Shown here one piece after another: positions 31,099 through 32,000 of a stretch of 32,000 nucleotides of DNA (the first letter of the stretch is position 1; every line of letters begins with the position of its first letter). The notes beneath the pieces are model-generated. The model saw only the letters and a list, made by a program, of their open reading frames with translations. It had not been told where the DNA came from and made no database searches. The stretch is taken from contig JAUYHT010000002.1 of assembly GCA_030688545.1 (NCBI GenBank), positions 240,001-272,000 of the forward strand, in the 5' to 3' direction. A program made the position numbers and the translations under genes. The stretch comes from Candidatus Iainarchaeum sp. GTDB lineage: Archaea > Iainarchaeota > Iainarchaeia > Iainarchaeales > VGJJ01.

Positions 31099-32000
31099 AT
31101 GCCAATCATTTCTTTCAAGCATGTCTCCAAATCATTCCGTATACCGGAACCATCCCAAGGATTTTGGAAAAGCCTCGCGCGCAAAGAGAAGTTGGTCCAC
31201 GCCCTGAACGATGTTACCTTCGAAGTGAAGGAAGGAGAGATATTGGGGTACATTGGACCCAATGGGGCCGGGAAAAGCACCACTATCAAAATTTTGACGG
31301 GAATATTGGTTCCTGACAAGGGCGAGGTGGGCGTAAATGATTTCACCCCATGGAAGGAGAGGGAACGATACACCTTTGATATCGGGGTTGTTTTCGGACA
31401 CAAATCATTATTGTGGTGGGATATTGCCCCCTTGTATAGTTTCAGATTATACAAGAGCATCTATGAAATGACTGAGACAGAATACCAGGATCGATTGAAG
31501 TATTTGGTCGATTTGTTCGATGTACAAGAATTCATGCACATTCCCACGCGCAAATTATCTCTTGGACAGCGTATGCGATGCGAATTGGTGGCGTCTCTCA
31601 TCCATAAACCAAAGATATTGTTCCTGGATGAGCCCACGATTGGGTTGGATGTAGTGGCCAAACAACGCATGAGGGAGGCGATACTTGCGATCAACCAGAA
31701 AGAGAAAACAACGGTGATTCTTACCACGCATGATATGGGTGATATCGAGCAGTTGGCCCACCGCATTATTGTATTAGACAAGGGAAAAATCATCCATGAA
31801 GGGGATGTGCACTCGCTCAGGAAAACCCTCTTGATTGAAAATGAAATCCAATTCGAGATAGAAAAAATAATAAATGAAAAGGAATTCCAGAGACTCTGCC
31901 GCCTGTATGGGGTTGAATTGAAGGAACGATCATACATCCTGAAATTTGACGCCAACCATTCTGCCAAACTCATATTGGATTCATTTTACTCATGCGCACG
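31099..32000 (+). CDS. ABC transporter ATP-binding protein (5' portion; continues past the window end)
   Basis: Absent from the ORF track because no stop falls in the window. Hand translation gives MPIISFKHVSKSF...GPNGAGKST (Walker A)...LSLGQRMR (signature)...ILFLDEPT (Walker B)...TTHDM, with no stop up to 32000. A TATA-like CCTAATAAAGCC lies at 31065-31076. Confidence 0.9.
   Translation, partial: MPIISFKHVSKSFRIPEPSQGFWKSLARKEKLVHALNDVTFEVKEGEILGYIGPNGAGKSTTIKILTGILVPDKGEVGVNDFTPWKERERYTFDIGVVFGHKSLLWWDIAPLYSFRLYKSIYEMTETEYQDRLKYLVDLFDVQEFMHIPTRKLSLGQRMRCELVASLIHKPKILFLDEPTIGLDVVAKQRMREAILAINQKEKTTVILTTHDMGDIEQLAHRIIVLDKGKIIHEGDVHSLRKTLLIENEIQFEIEKIINEKEFQRLCRLYGVELKERSYILKFDANHSAKLILDSFYSCA

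Noticed and set aside
31047-31973. Minus-strand ORFs 31047..31460 and 31461..31973
   Set aside because: They are antisense to an unmistakable ABC ATPase reading frame (Walker A, signature and Walker B) that the track omits because it has no stop in the window.

Overview
The window looks like an archaeal chromosomal segment. The markers are GatE, a ~600-aa ATP-dependent DNA ligase, an archaeal/eukaryal-type ProRS, a tRNA-Gln with an A1:U72 pair, and AT-rich TATA-like boxes centred 25-30 nt upstream of most start codons, which suggests largely leaderless mRNAs. Background GC is high: one 60-nt line hand-counted at 17101 gave about 57%. I cannot assign a lineage from sequence alone.

Housekeeping content:
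- proS, lig and gatE
- a Dus-family tRNA dihydrouridine synthase
- carbamate kinase, an OTC-family transcarbamylase and an MFS transporter
- a second MFS transporter and an ABC exporter
- oligoendopeptidase F
- two GNATs and two class-I methyltransferase-like proteins
- a PLD/Nuc nuclease
- a partial ABC ATPase that runs off the 3' end and is missing from the ORF track
- four tRNA genes: Pro-GGG, Pro-CGG, Gln-UUG and Ile-GAU

Things worth a second look:
1. A minus-strand three-gene cassette is coupled by ATGA start/stop overlaps. It encodes a GGDEF-type cyclase with a substituted specificity residue, a Dph6-type PP-loop ATPase and a class-I glutamine amidotransferase.
2. tRNA-Gln and tRNA-Ile are each followed by extra direct copies of their own 3' ends. 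These copies bracket short hairpin modules and low-GC cargo (single 60-nt lines hand-counted at about 32-37% GC): a SplB-like radical SAM gene, and a Fic gene with an unknown ORF. No integrase is visible. tRNA-Pro(CGG) has one extra 3'-end copy inside a tandem duplication with no cargo. tRNA-Pro(GGG) is only followed by a low-GC HAD+GNAT island, with no convincing 3'-end repeat.
3. A recurring hairpin family with core CTTTTT-TCT-AAAAAG shows compensatory outer stems. It includes a four-unit tandem array.
4. Two identical TTATCACCAC-N17-GTGGTGATAA palindromes lie at the Fic promoter.
5. A single TATA box is shared by two divergent genes, with a C11 tract beside it.

No CRISPR array, rRNA or recognisable transposase/integrase was found.
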